Below, one piece after another: positions 1 through 9,661 of a DNA stretch of 36,827 bases. The notes below the pieces were generated by a model. The model was not told where the DNA came from. It saw only the letters and a program-made list of their open reading frames with translations, and did not search any database. The DNA is taken from NCBI GenBank assembly GCA_003854995.1, contig RQOI01000083.1, positions 1 through 36,827 on the forward strand, written 5' to 3'. This stretch comes from Candidatus Zhuqueibacterota bacterium. GTDB taxonomy: Bacteria > Zhuqueibacterota > Zhuqueibacteria > Residuimicrobiales > Krinioviventaceae. Made by a program: the position numbers and the translations under genes. The first letter of the stretch is position 1. Every line of letters begins with the position of its first letter.

Positions 1-1377
1 ATAGCGCTGGAGAGCGGTGCACCCGGCGTCGCGATTCTTCCCCGTCAACCCATCATGGATCCCCAGATAAAGTCGGCTTTTGAATCACGGGTGCAGAACA
101 TGTGGTCGGAACCGGCGTCGCCGGCGCCAATGCCCTGGAAAATCTATACCAAAGACAATCTGGGTCCGGCATTTTCGCAAATCCAGACGATCCCCTCTCC
201 CCTTCCTCCCCATACGCCATTCCGCATTGTGGCCAAAATCACCGATCCTTCCGGTGTTTATGATGACACGGCGGCGCCGGGAGGCCAGGGCGTCTACCTC
301 GAATATGGCGCCACCTGGCCGCCGCCTGATTCACTCTTTGTGACCCTGTCACCTGTTGAAAAAGCACAAGACTGGTATATCAGCGACAGCTTTTTGCCTG
401 GCCAACCGGCCGGTGCTGTATTGCACGCTCGACTGTACGCCCATGACAATTATCACGAGGGCTTGAATAGCCCCAAACGCAATGCGGGGCACAGCGATGT
501 CGAGTATTTTCCGGTCATCCACAGCATCTCATCGTTTGAATATGCCGGCGATATTGGCCCCATTCTGTGGCAGCCGGGCGCAGTGACAGTGGATTCACGA
601 CATCAGCTGTGGGTGACGACGGGCGATGGTTCGCTGGTGATCATGGATTCGACGGGCAAACCGCTGAGCTTTTCGCCGCTCAGCAGCGGCATGAGCGGCG
701 ATTATCAATCCATGACAATGACGAGCATTGTCGGATGTGCGACCGATGCCTACAGCAATATGCTCGTCGCCTGCAACACCAATCCGCCCATGATCTTCCG
801 TTTCAACATCCTGGACGGCGAGCCGTTGCCCGGCCTGTCCGTCAACATGGCCATAGGGAGATCGGACAGCATCCGCGCGTTCACCACCGATGACCATGGC
901 AATTTGTACATCCTGGAAAAACAGTCCGCTCGATGGTTCATCCTTTCGCCAACAGGCGATGACCTGAAAGGGATGCCCTACGGTGATCCGCAAAGGACCG
1001 GCACAGACATCGCTGTGCTCGGAAACAGCGCCATGGTTTTCATATCGGATCGAACATCCGATGTCGTGCAGTGCTGGTACGGCGCTGTCGAGGGCAGCCA
1101 TTCGCAGTATTGGAGAGCGGATAATTTCCTGCCCAGCACGGTTGGCCTGGGAAAACTCTATGTGGGAAAGGACGATCATATTTTCGTGCCCCACAGGCGC
1201 CATCATTTCATCGCCGAATACGATCGCGCGGGTCGGTTACTGGGCCACATTTTCGGCGCGGGTGAGCTCTTTGCGCCGCAGGCGCTGGCGTTTTCACCGA
1301 ACGGTGAGTTCCTGTACATCACGCAGGTCGTGGGCGACGGCCCCGACCGGATCAAGCGATGGAGACGAAAAGGATAG
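1..1377 (+). CDS. 5'-truncated multidomain protein: probable end of a GHL10/DUF187-like glycoside hydrolase domain, Ig-like domain, C-terminal NHL/beta-propeller repeats
   Basis: Frame is open from base 1 (IALESGAPGVAILPRQPIMD...), so ATG 55 is probably internal. 'NMWSEPASPAPMPWK' resembles the GHL10 C-terminal P..P.MPWK motif. Repeats such as 'PGAVTVDSRHQLWVT', 'FTTDDHGNLYILE' and 'APQALAFSPNGEFLYIT' are NHL-like. Confidence 0.6.
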   Translation: MALESGAPGVAILPRQPIMDPQIKSAFESRVQNMWSEPASPAPMPWKIYTKDNLGPAFSQIQTIPSPLPPHTPFRIVAKITDPSGVYDDTAAPGGQGVYLEYGATWPPPDSLFVTLSPVEKAQDWYISDSFLPGQPAGAVLHARLYAHDNYHEGLNSPKRNAGHSDVEYFPVIHSISSFEYAGDIGPILWQPGAVTVDSRHQLWVTTGDGSLVIMDSTGKPLSFSPLSSGMSGDYQSMTMTSIVGCATDAYSNMLVACNTNPPMIFRFNILDGEPLPGLSVNMAIGRSDSIRAFTTDDHGNLYILEKQSARWFILSPTGDDLKGMPYGDPQRTGTDIAVLGNSAMVFISDRTSDVVQCWYGAVEGSHSQYWRADNFLPSTVGLGKLYVGKDDHIFVPHRRHHFIAEYDRAGRLLGHIFGAGELFAPQALAFSPNGEFLYITQVVGDGPDRIKRWRRKG

Positions 1378-1389
1378 AGAGGGAAGATT

Positions 1390-2493
1390 ATGCCATTCGC
1401 CAAGATTGAACCGGAACAGGTCAGAGTGTTTCCGCTCGCATCGCGCAAGAGCAAGAGTGCCATCGAGGCGGTCGCCATCGACCCAACGGAAAAGCCGGCC
1501 ATGAGCGGTGACATTGAAATCATCCTGCGGGAAACGGCGCAGCGCATCAGGCGCGCGCGCGAAAAGGGCGCTTCGGTCATACTCGCATTTGGCGCACATC
1601 TGATCAAGAACGGCCTTGGGCTGGCGGTCATCGAACTGATGAAAAGCGGCTGGGTGACGCATATCGCCACCAACGGCGCAGGTGGTATTCACGATTGGGA
1701 ATTCGCCTGGCTCGGACGCTCTGAGGAAGACGTGCGCGCCAATGTCGCAACCGGCACATTCGGGACATGGGAAGAGACCGGCAAATACATCAACCTTGCG
1801 GTGCAGACTGGCGCTCTCGCCGACATGGGCTATGGTGAATCGCTCGGCGCGCTGATCGACCGGGAAGAGCTCTCTTTCCCTGATCCCTCTGAACTTGATG
1901 CAGAGATGAAATCTTCCTCAACAGCAGATGATCTCTTCCTCAGCGCCCGGGTCGAGCTGCTGCAGACGATGCGAAAATTTCAGCTGGCGGGCCGCTGGCG
2001 CATCGCGCATCCCTATAAAAAATACTCTGTCCTGGGACACGCTTTTGAACTCGGAATCCCGGCGACGATCCATCCCGGCATCGGCTATGACATCATCTAT
2101 CTCAATCCCTACGCCAATGGCGCAGCCCTGGGACGCGCAGCGCACACAGATTTCAAGATCATGGTCAATTCTGTGGCCAATCTGTCGCATGGCGTGTTTT
2201 TGTCGGTCGGCTCTGCCGTCATGGCGCCGCAAATTTTCGAAAAAGCGCTCTCCTTTGCCAATAACATAAAGATACAGGCCGGCGATCCGATCGTTCACGA
2301 TCATTGCATGGTTGTCAATGATTTGCAGCAAGGGGCATGGGACTGGCAGCAGGGCGAACCGCCGAGAGAGACGCCTGACTATTATTTTCGTTTTCTCAAA
2401 AGCTTTTATCGCATGGGCGGTGCGGTGCACTATGTTGCTGCGGACAATCGGACTTTTTTATTGAATCTATATCATCTGCTGATCTCGGGATAG
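1390..2493 (+). CDS. Conserved hypothetical protein with a deoxyhypusine-synthase-like fold
   Basis: 367-aa ORF with purine-rich RBS (GAGAGGGAAG). Motifs 'VILAFGAHLIKNGL', 'THIATNGAGGIHD', 'GIPATIHPGIGYDI' and 'GVFLSVGSAV.APQIFEK' parallel the DHS-like alpha/beta fold. Confidence 0.6.
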   Translation: MPFAKIEPEQVRVFPLASRKSKSAIEAVAIDPTEKPAMSGDIEIILRETAQRIRRAREKGASVILAFGAHLIKNGLGLAVIELMKSGWVTHIATNGAGGIHDWEFAWLGRSEEDVRANVATGTFGTWEETGKYINLAVQTGALADMGYGESLGALIDREELSFPDPSELDAEMKSSSTADDLFLSARVELLQTMRKFQLAGRWRIAHPYKKYSVLGHAFELGIPATIHPGIGYDIIYLNPYANGAALGRAAHTDFKIMVNSVANLSHGVFLSVGSAVMAPQIFEKALSFANNIKIQAGDPIVHDHCMVVNDLQQGAWDWQQGEPPRETPDYYFRFLKSFYRMGGAVHYVAADNRTFLLNLYHLLISG

Positions 2494-2606
2494 GGGAATA
2501 TGCGACATAATCGGACTGTTAACAAAAGCATCAAGTTTAAATGGTAGGGGGCGAACAGCAGATCCGCCAGTCATGGGGAATGCATAAAATGGGAGGATGA
2601 AGCACC

Positions 2607-4151
2607 TTGGGGAAACGCCAGAAAAGTTTCAGCGAACCAAAATACGAAATCAATGTAGAATCGAAAGACAAGGTCCTCATCAGGCAAGAGAAGCGGAATC
2701 CTCTCTGGCGTCTTTTCGTGCAAATGATCGTCACATCCGTCATCGCTTATGCAGTGATCCTCATCTTGGCACTCCTCTATAACAGCACCAGTCATCTTTT
2801 CGTCCCGTCAAAAATTGTCATCTCACCCCTTTACGGTGTCAATGCAGAACCGTTGTCAGGGCAGGCGTGTGAGGAGATCAATGTCTATATCGATGGCCGT
2901 AAAAAGCCATTGCCGAAAAAGATATCCCGCGACGGGATTTCCGTGCCCTTCAAACGGCGCGGACAACACCTCATCGGCATCGAAAATGTCAATAGCCGCC
3001 TGGACTCACTGGCGTTTGCGCAGGAAAAAAGAGCGCTCGACTCACTGGACCTGGCCAAAGACGTATATTCTGCCATACGCCCACTCTCTGATTATGTTTT
3101 TCACCAGGTCGTCGATGAAAGAGATTTCTCCGCCTCGCGGTTTTTATATTTCATTCAGCGCAAACCGTACGCTGACAAGCCCTACCTGCTTTTTTTCTCC
3201 AAACCTGACAAAGCCGCTATTCATTTCGGAGAGGCGGCAGTCAAAAACATGTCCGAAAACTCGACCGTATTGAAAGATTTTTACAGCAGCCTCTATTCCC
3301 GTATTTCACCCTTCTGTCCGGACGTGGGTCACTTGACAGACGACTTTCTCAATCGCCTTGAACAAACCTATGCCGTCGACATTCCCCGGTTCGATGGATT
3401 CGAATGGTTTTCGGAGAACCGAATGAAGCGATTCCGCTATGCCGATGGCATGCGACAACTTTTCCGGAGCTCTGTTTTCATTCTGCCCTATATTGAAAAA
3501 GATCCGCGGAGCAGGCTAGTCGCCAGGCTCGTGCTCTCGTTTGCGGATGTGGGCGCCACTCAATTCGACGCCATTGAAATTAAGAATATAGAGCTCACTG
3601 AAAGAGAGATTGTGCCGCCAGATGCTGCTCTTTTTGAAATCATTGGCGCGTATCTCCACATTTATTATTCATTTTTATCATCCGGCAGCACAGACGAGTC
3701 TGATCTGCGCGACTTGATCGCCGTATGCAATCGTTCCAGTCCAGATGTCGATGCGCTCGACCTGCTCGGCAACAGGGTTGTGCGTCGCAGCTCAATGCCG
3801 CACGTTCGTGCGCTGGCTGATTTTTTTGCCAGGATCGAGCGCCTGCAATGCCGTCAACTCTATGACGAGCTGGCCTCTTTTTGGCAGAATGATCCGTATA
3901 ACCTTGGTGCAATCGGATTCACGGCGCAAGAAAAAGAGGTCATGCGCGCCATCATCAAATATACCCTGGCGTTAAAAGAGAACGAACATCGTTGCGTTGC
4001 GCAGGAGTGGCCGAATATCGACCAGCGTCTGGCTCTCTTTTCTCAGGCAAAAAAAATGATCGACACGACGGTGTCGCTCGCCTGGCTGCAGGACGAAGTT
4101 TTGTACGCTGTCTTAAAGGCGGAGATAGCGAACCTCGATCAAAAATTATAG
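2607..4151 (+). CDS. Hypothetical membrane-anchored protein (one N-terminal TM helix, possible PEGA-like domain)
   Basis: 514-aa ORF, TTG start with GGAGG at 2592-2596. Hydrophobic 'LFVQMIVTSVIAYAVILILALLY'; 'INVYIDGRK...GQHLIGIEN' is PEGA-like. Confidence 0.7.
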   Translation: MGKRQKSFSEPKYEINVESKDKVLIRQEKRNPLWRLFVQMIVTSVIAYAVILILALLYNSTSHLFVPSKIVISPLYGVNAEPLSGQACEEINVYIDGRKKPLPKKISRDGISVPFKRRGQHLIGIENVNSRLDSLAFAQEKRALDSLDLAKDVYSAIRPLSDYVFHQVVDERDFSASRFLYFIQRKPYADKPYLLFFSKPDKAAIHFGEAAVKNMSENSTVLKDFYSSLYSRISPFCPDVGHLTDDFLNRLEQTYAVDIPRFDGFEWFSENRMKRFRYADGMRQLFRSSVFILPYIEKDPRSRLVARLVLSFADVGATQFDAIEIKNIELTEREIVPPDAALFEIIGAYLHIYYSFLSSGSTDESDLRDLIAVCNRSSPDVDALDLLGNRVVRRSSMPHVRALADFFARIERLQCRQLYDELASFWQNDPYNLGAIGFTAQEKEVMRAIIKYTLALKENEHRCVAQEWPNIDQRLALFSQAKKMIDTTVSLAWLQDEVLYAVLKAEIANLDQKL

Positions 4152-4158
4152 AAAGATT

Positions 4159-5652
4159 ATGCGGACTCTATTTTTACTGCTCATCATTGGCGAGATGACC
4201 CTGGCGGCCACAGTTGATGGCACGCTCATCACCCAGATAAAGGGAATACCGGACAATGCGACGATCCGCAGTTCCTCAAATCCCGCCATCCTGCAACGTT
4301 CGCTGCCAAATGGATCATATTCCGTTCAGGTCGCATCACCCGTCAATGACTATATCATCATCAGCCCGGCAGAGGGCGATGCGAATCTCTACGCCCCGCG
4401 CATCATTCGGGCTGCCAACGCGGGTACGGACACTCTGTATATCATTCCGCCTATGAATGAGCGCATTTCGATCTTTGTCGATAACAAGACCGGCAGAGAT
4501 TTTGCGTTTATCGTTGACAAAGCCGTCGTTTCGGACAAGTTGGTCACATCAGAAAAAGACTACCGACTGGAGATCACGCCGCAGCGCGTCGGCATATCGC
4601 AGCTGCTCATCGCGGCTTTCGCATCGGATTTCCCGGCGGTCGTGCGTCGAGTTGCCATACTGCCAGGTCAAGGGAGAGGATATCTGGTCATTGAACGACA
4701 AGATATCGGTCTCGCGCCACTGCCCGTCGCCGTCTCTCCACCGCCAAGCTACACACGCGCGCGGACTGAAGAGCGGCTTTCAGCGCCTCACATCGCAACC
4801 GAGCGGAACAAGCCTTTAGGGCGCGAGTCCGCGTCGCCTTCCGCTGGCCTCGAGCGCGCGGAAGAACTCTACGTCCCCCTGTCGAGGGCGCCGGCGGTTC
4901 GGCCGCTCACTCAAGAGCGCGACACAAATAAAGACCGCGAACGGGCCATTGACGCCGCCCAGTCGGCCTACTATTTTTCTGACCGATTGATGGTCAAGGA
5001 CAAAATCAATGGCTCGCTGGCCATCCATGGCAGCTACCAAACGTTTCTCCATGGCGCCGAAGCAGTTGAGTTCCTGCATTATGGCCTGGAGGTTTATAAC
5101 ATCCGCCTGTTCGGAAGCTTTTATGATCTCAGCATGGAAGCAGCAAAATCTGAACAGTTGCCCGATGCATACTATTCGGGATCGCTCACCTGGCATCACT
5201 CGCCGTACGCCGCCATTGATCTCGCGTACAAATCAGGGCTTGATGATGCGTGGTATTCGCGCTATGATGCTGCCCGGATGTCGCTGGGCGTGAACGGCTG
5301 CTATAAAAGTCGCGGTGAAAAATTTCAAATCGGCGTGGGGGTGCGTTTTCAAGTGGACTATGGTGATTTTGCCGCCCATGTCAATGAGACAGAGGAGAGT
5401 CAATTTCGCTACCTACCTGGCTTTTATCTGATCGCCGGCAGAAATTTTGCCGGCACAACAGCATCGGTCGTCGCCGGCGTCATCGATGAAGCGTTCTATG
5501 CCAGCGCATCCATACTGATTGCCCGGCATGTTGGTCTGACCTATGCTTACAAAGGGGAGACTCTTGGCAGCGCACCGCTGACGTCACTGGAGAAAGAGCC
5601 CTATCACAAGCTGACGCTCGCGTTAAGCTTGACAATGAAGAAAAGGCCTTAA
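4159..5652 (+). CDS. Hypothetical exported protein, probable C-terminal outer-membrane beta-barrel
   Basis: 497-aa ORF 7 bp after the previous stop. Signal-peptide-like N-terminus, Pro/Glu/Arg-rich linker, and alternating aromatic/Gly beta-strand pattern in the C-terminal ~220 aa. Confidence 0.65.
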   Translation: MRTLFLLLIIGEMTLAATVDGTLITQIKGIPDNATIRSSSNPAILQRSLPNGSYSVQVASPVNDYIIISPAEGDANLYAPRIIRAANAGTDTLYIIPPMNERISIFVDNKTGRDFAFIVDKAVVSDKLVTSEKDYRLEITPQRVGISQLLIAAFASDFPAVVRRVAILPGQGRGYLVIERQDIGLAPLPVAVSPPPSYTRARTEERLSAPHIATERNKPLGRESASPSAGLERAEELYVPLSRAPAVRPLTQERDTNKDRERAIDAAQSAYYFSDRLMVKDKINGSLAIHGSYQTFLHGAEAVEFLHYGLEVYNIRLFGSFYDLSMEAAKSEQLPDAYYSGSLTWHHSPYAAIDLAYKSGLDDAWYSRYDAARMSLGVNGCYKSRGEKFQIGVGVRFQVDYGDFAAHVNETEESQFRYLPGFYLIAGRNFAGTTASVVAGVIDEAFYASASILIARHVGLTYAYKGETLGSAPLTSLEKEPYHKLTLALSLTMKKRP

Positions 5653-5671
5653 CCGATTCGCCAGTCAAACC

Positions 5672-7444
5672 TCATGCCGCTTCATCATCGAGGTTCAAGA
5701 ACTCTTTTCGCGATCCCTTCACTTTGGCCGGCACACCCATGGCCACTGAATAGGGAGGGATATCTCGCGTCACCACAGAGCCGGCGCCAATGACGCTGCC
5801 GTTGCCGATGGTGATGCCATCGAGAACCTTGACATCCGTGCCCAGCCAGACATCATCCCCTATCAAAACGCCGCCGCGATTGGCATAGCCCTGGCGCATG
5901 ATCGGCACATCGGTTCGATGGTAGTTATGTTGCGCCCCGCCAATGTAACAGTTCGCCGCCAGCAAGACGTGCTTGCCGAGCTTGATTTCAGACGTCGTGC
6001 CCAGGCGGCAATTGCCGCCGATGTTGGAGAAATCGCCGATCTCGATTCGACCGTCGCGCGTCCCCAGCACTGTGCCGCGTCCGAGCAGCACTTCATTGCC
6101 CAGAACAATCTCGGACTCGCCATTGCCTTGCGCACTCAGCTTGCAATACTCATCAATGACGCATTTTCGGCCAATGGTGATCTTTTTGCCATGCTGGATG
6201 GTCATGCTGCGGCCAAAAAGCGTACCTGGGCCCACTTTTTTGAACAGCGACGGGAAGAGCAGCTTTCTGAGAAAATAGCCGAGAATGCCCGGCAGGTAGC
6301 CGCAAAAGAAGGTGACCAGTTCGAACGTGCACAGGGTGAAAAGGTTATACGAGCCAATTTGAATGTCCTGATATTTTTTCAAGGCGGACTTGCGCTGTCG
6401 CATGATATCCTCAAAGCTACTAAAATATTTGACATCTCCCTTGACATCGCCGGCATCGATGTGATAGGTTATCTTATCGCCAATGATAACACTCTTGACG
6501 TGAATGCCCAGAGTCGCATAGTACAGTCCGCCGACAATGCCGGCGACAAGTGCTTTGGCGCGCAAAAGCAGAGCGACGGACAATCCCACGGCGCCCGCCA
6601 CGCCCATTCGCGAAAAGACAATAAAGTAGGCGCTTTCCGCCAATCCAATGCCACCGATCGAAATGGGTATCATGGTGATGGTCATGACGATGGGCGTTAT
6701 GATCAGAGCATCCATAAAAGTGATGGAGGCGCGGAAGGCCAGGGCGCTCACATAGACGTTGAAAGAAGCCAATAAATAGAAAAGGACAGAGTTGATCATG
6801 GCGAACAGAAAGGCACTCCGGTTATTCTTCAGCGACAGGGTGGCTTTTTGAAATTTGAGCAATTTGCAGAAAATCCTTTGTGCCGCGGTCCATTTGATCT
6901 GTTGTGAAAAGCGATGCAATATCTTTGGATTGAGAATGATGATGAGAATTGAGGCATAGCCGAAGAGGCAGATCGCCAAGCCGACCATCAGCCAGAGGCT
7001 GTTCAATTGATGCAAAGCGATGCCAAAAGCGATGATAGCCATGAGCAACAGTACGGACAGTCCGGTGAAGCGCTCGACAAAGACCGACGAAAATGTTTCA
7101 GCAGGCTTTTGGGTGGATTTTCCCAAGGCATAGGCGCGCACGACATCCCCTCCCACATTCGTCGGCAATATCGTATTAAAAAAATAGCCGACGATATAGA
7201 GCCAAAAGCATCGCCACAGCGTCACATTGATGTTGAACGCCTTGAGGATCACCTGCCATTTCCAGGCGCTGCAAAAAACAAGCATTGGCGTGATGGCGAT
7301 CGACAGCAACAAATAGTTCACGTCCGTTTGTTTTATGGTTTGCCAGATCTGCGCAAAGCCTGCCTTATAAAACACATAGGCGATGAGAGCCAGGCTCACG
7401 CCGATGCGCAGGAAAAATTCGAGGCTGTTCGCTTTTTTGCCCAT
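5672..7444 (-). CDS. Fusion of a lysylphosphatidylglycerol-synthase TM (UPF0104, flippase-like) domain and a hexapeptide-repeat (LbH) O-acyltransferase
   Basis: 'GYFFNTILPTNVGGDVVRAY', 'SVFVERFTG' and 'IPISIGGIGLAE' mark the TM family. 'IGDDVWLG...IGNGSVIGAGSVVTRDIPPYSVAMGVPAK' marks the LbH acyltransferase. Start moved to ATG 7444 to avoid overlap with the upstream gene. Confidence 0.85.
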   Translation of the reverse strand: MGKKANSLEFFLRIGVSLALIAYVFYKAGFAQIWQTIKQTDVNYLLLSIAITPMLVFCSAWKWQVILKAFNINVTLWRCFWLYIVGYFFNTILPTNVGGDVVRAYALGKSTQKPAETFSSVFVERFTGLSVLLLMAIIAFGIALHQLNSLWLMVGLAICLFGYASILIIILNPKILHRFSQQIKWTAAQRIFCKLLKFQKATLSLKNNRSAFLFAMINSVLFYLLASFNVYVSALAFRASITFMDALIITPIVMTITMIPISIGGIGLAESAYFIVFSRMGVAGAVGLSVALLLRAKALVAGIVGGLYYATLGIHVKSVIIGDKITYHIDAGDVKGDVKYFSSFEDIMRQRKSALKKYQDIQIGSYNLFTLCTFELVTFFCGYLPGILGYFLRKLLFPSLFKKVGPGTLFGRSMTIQHGKKITIGRKCVIDEYCKLSAQGNGESEIVLGNEVLLGRGTVLGTRDGRIEIGDFSNIGGNCRLGTTSEIKLGKHVLLAANCYIGGAQHNYHRTDVPIMRQGYANRGGVLIGDDVWLGTDVKVLDGITIGNGSVIGAGSVVTRDIPPYSVAMGVPAKVKGSRKEFLNLDDEAA

Positions 7445-7457
7445 CGCTGACCTGTTT

Positions 7458-8645
7458 TTAATTCGTATATCCGCGCAATAAAGACCGCAGATGATGTGCT
7501 GCCGCACGAGCTTTGGCTTTTTCTTTGACGAGCAACGGCACCATTTTATTCTTCAGGGCGTCGCGGTTCTCGTATGAGCGCACGATTAGCTCGAGATATT
7601 TTTCCAACGAGAGATCGCTGAAATCAATGAGGTTGTCTTGCATACCGATTGTGCGCATAAAACCGCGATTTTTCGGATAGGTGTTGATGCCGACCGGCAC
7701 GACGCCCATCGCTGACGAGAGAATCAGCGAATGCGTTCGCATGCCGACAAAAAGCTCCATTCGTTTGAGAATCGCGCAGATATCCTGGTAACTGTACTTT
7801 TTGTTTGTCACCAGTCGGATTCGTTCCTTTGTCTTGACTCTCTGCAAAACCTGGCTTGCGATACCCATGTCCATATGTTGAGTCTCAACAAAAATGACAT
7901 CGACATCCAGGGCGGCGATGACCCTGTCTACGGTTTCAGCATACAATTCGACAAGGTTGTCGCGGCCAAAAGCAGATCCGTCACCTTTCACAAATGCATC
8001 CACATAACTGTTCACATTAAATCCGATCACGGATTTGCCGGTCTCGAACAGGCGTTCCGAACGCTTCACTTCTTCAAAGCGCTTCTCCCCTGACGCTTCA
8101 GCGTTGAGGGCGCAATCCGCCCCTTCGATGATATTGGGATGCGTCAGGTTGAGCTTTTCGAGCAGTTCGACGGAAGCCTGGTCGCGCAGGATCAGAGCAT
8201 CCGCACAATCGACGATCCATTGCAGCGCCTTTTTGCCTGCGTCGGTGCGGACTGGCCCGAGGCTGCTGTTGTAGAGGACGATCGGGATTCGTCGTTTCTT
8301 CGCCATTGGCAGGATTTTTGAGAGCGTCCAAAGGTAATTGTAAAGCGGGTTATAGAGTTTGCGATCAAACAAGATCGCATCGGTCACGAGTACAAGATTC
8401 GAACGCAAGACCGTTCTCAGCGTGGGAATGCCAAATATTTTCACGCTGCCATTCCAGGGCAGCAAACTGACCGGCTTGACGCCGAACTTTTCAAACGAAT
8501 GCCGCACAAATGCCGGATTGATGGTGGGAACGAGGAATTCCACACGTTTGTAACGAGCAGCAATGTCCGTCAGCAGACACCCGAGAATGGCCGCATCGCC
8601 CGCGTTACGACCGGAATTATTGCCAATGACAGCGATCTTTTTCAT
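7458..8645 (-). CDS. Polysaccharide pyruvyl transferase family protein (WcaK/CsaB-like)
   Basis: 'GNNSGRNAGDAAIL', 'SSLGP', 'LILRDQAS', 'FVGMRTHSLILS' and 'YPKNRGFM' motifs. Confidence 0.85.
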   Translation of the reverse strand: MKKIAVIGNNSGRNAGDAAILGCLLTDIAARYKRVEFLVPTINPAFVRHSFEKFGVKPVSLLPWNGSVKIFGIPTLRTVLRSNLVLVTDAILFDRKLYNPLYNYLWTLSKILPMAKKRRIPIVLYNSSLGPVRTDAGKKALQWIVDCADALILRDQASVELLEKLNLTHPNIIEGADCALNAEASGEKRFEEVKRSERLFETGKSVIGFNVNSYVDAFVKGDGSAFGRDNLVELYAETVDRVIAALDVDVIFVETQHMDMGIASQVLQRVKTKERIRLVTNKKYSYQDICAILKRMELFVGMRTHSLILSSAMGVVPVGINTYPKNRGFMRTIGMQDNLIDFSDLSLEKYLELIVRSYENRDALKNKMVPLLVKEKAKARAAAHHLRSLLRGYTN

Positions 8646-9640
8646 GCCTTTTTTCTCATGTTTAGATGACCTTTTTCAATGTACCAGTTCGCCGTCCGGT
8701 GAACGCCCTCTTTCATGCCAACGTGCGGCGCATAGCCCAATTCGCGCTTTGCTTTCGAGATATCAAACGCACGGTCATGCGTAAAAATGTGAACCCGGCG
8801 CGGGTAGATGGGCGGTTGCAGTCGAAGAGGCACGCAGATTTTTTCGCACACCTGCGCGGCAATTTCCAACGGCCACACCGGTGGTTTCCACTGCGGCGGA
8901 CGTACGCCTAGCTCTTCGGCGACCATGTTGGCAAAAGCCTTCAGCGTGGTGTGGGATTCGCCGGCGATGATGTAGGTTTGTCCGACAGCCTTTTCGTTTT
9001 CTGCGGCAAGTCGGAAACCCTCGACCGTATCGGTGACATAAGTGAGGTGATAGAGGACCTGTCCGCCGCCAAACATCATGAATCGCTGCTTCTGAATCGA
9101 CCGATATAACTTGAGCATGCGGGTATCGCCAGGACCATAAATACCAACCGGGCGGACAACGGTCACGGGCAATCCAAAGTTCGCATGATAGTGGTGCGCG
9201 AGCTTTTCACCTTCATATTTTGTCGTCTGATAAATATCCTCCGGCTCTATGGGTGCATTTTCATCTGCCGGCGGATTTTTGATATCGCCATGTACGCCAC
9301 ATGTGCTGCAATGGAGAAAGCGATGCACGCCGACCGCGTGCGCCGCTTTCAGCAGATTGGCCGTGCCTGTCACGTTGACAGCCCAGTAAGCGCTATCGGG
9401 CACATTGGCAGCCCGATAGAGCGCCGCAATATGAAAGACAGCGTCGACGCCATCGACCGCATCCAGAACCTGCCTTTCATTCTGCAGATCGCCATAGGCA
9501 AATTCGATCGGCAAATGCTGTAATGCGGAGAGAACGCTCTGCGGACGCACGAAAGCTCGAACAGCATAACCGTGCTCGAGAAGGTTCCGAACCATATAGC
9601 CGCCGGTAAACCCGGAGGCGCCTGTGACCAGTGCTTTCAT
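8642..9640 (-). CDS. NAD-dependent epimerase/dehydratase (extended SDR)
   Basis: 'LVTGASGFTGG' Rossmann motif, catalytic 'YQTTK' (YxxxK) and 'RPVGIYGPGD'. 4-bp ATGA overlap with the downstream gene. Confidence 0.9.
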   Translation of the reverse strand: MKALVTGASGFTGGYMVRNLLEHGYAVRAFVRPQSVLSALQHLPIEFAYGDLQNERQVLDAVDGVDAVFHIAALYRAANVPDSAYWAVNVTGTANLLKAAHAVGVHRFLHCSTCGVHGDIKNPPADENAPIEPEDIYQTTKYEGEKLAHHYHANFGLPVTVVRPVGIYGPGDTRMLKLYRSIQKQRFMMFGGGQVLYHLTYVTDTVEGFRLAAENEKAVGQTYIIAGESHTTLKAFANMVAEELGVRPPQWKPPVWPLEIAAQVCEKICVPLRLQPPIYPRRVHIFTHDRAFDISKAKRELGYAPHVGMKEGVHRTANWYIEKGHLNMRKKA

Positions 9641-9661
9641 CTCGTAGCGACTCCGTTCTCG

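Noticed and set aside
5918-6775. 285-aa plus-strand ORF
   Set aside because: Antisense shadow of the flippase/acyltransferase gene with no recognisable motifs.
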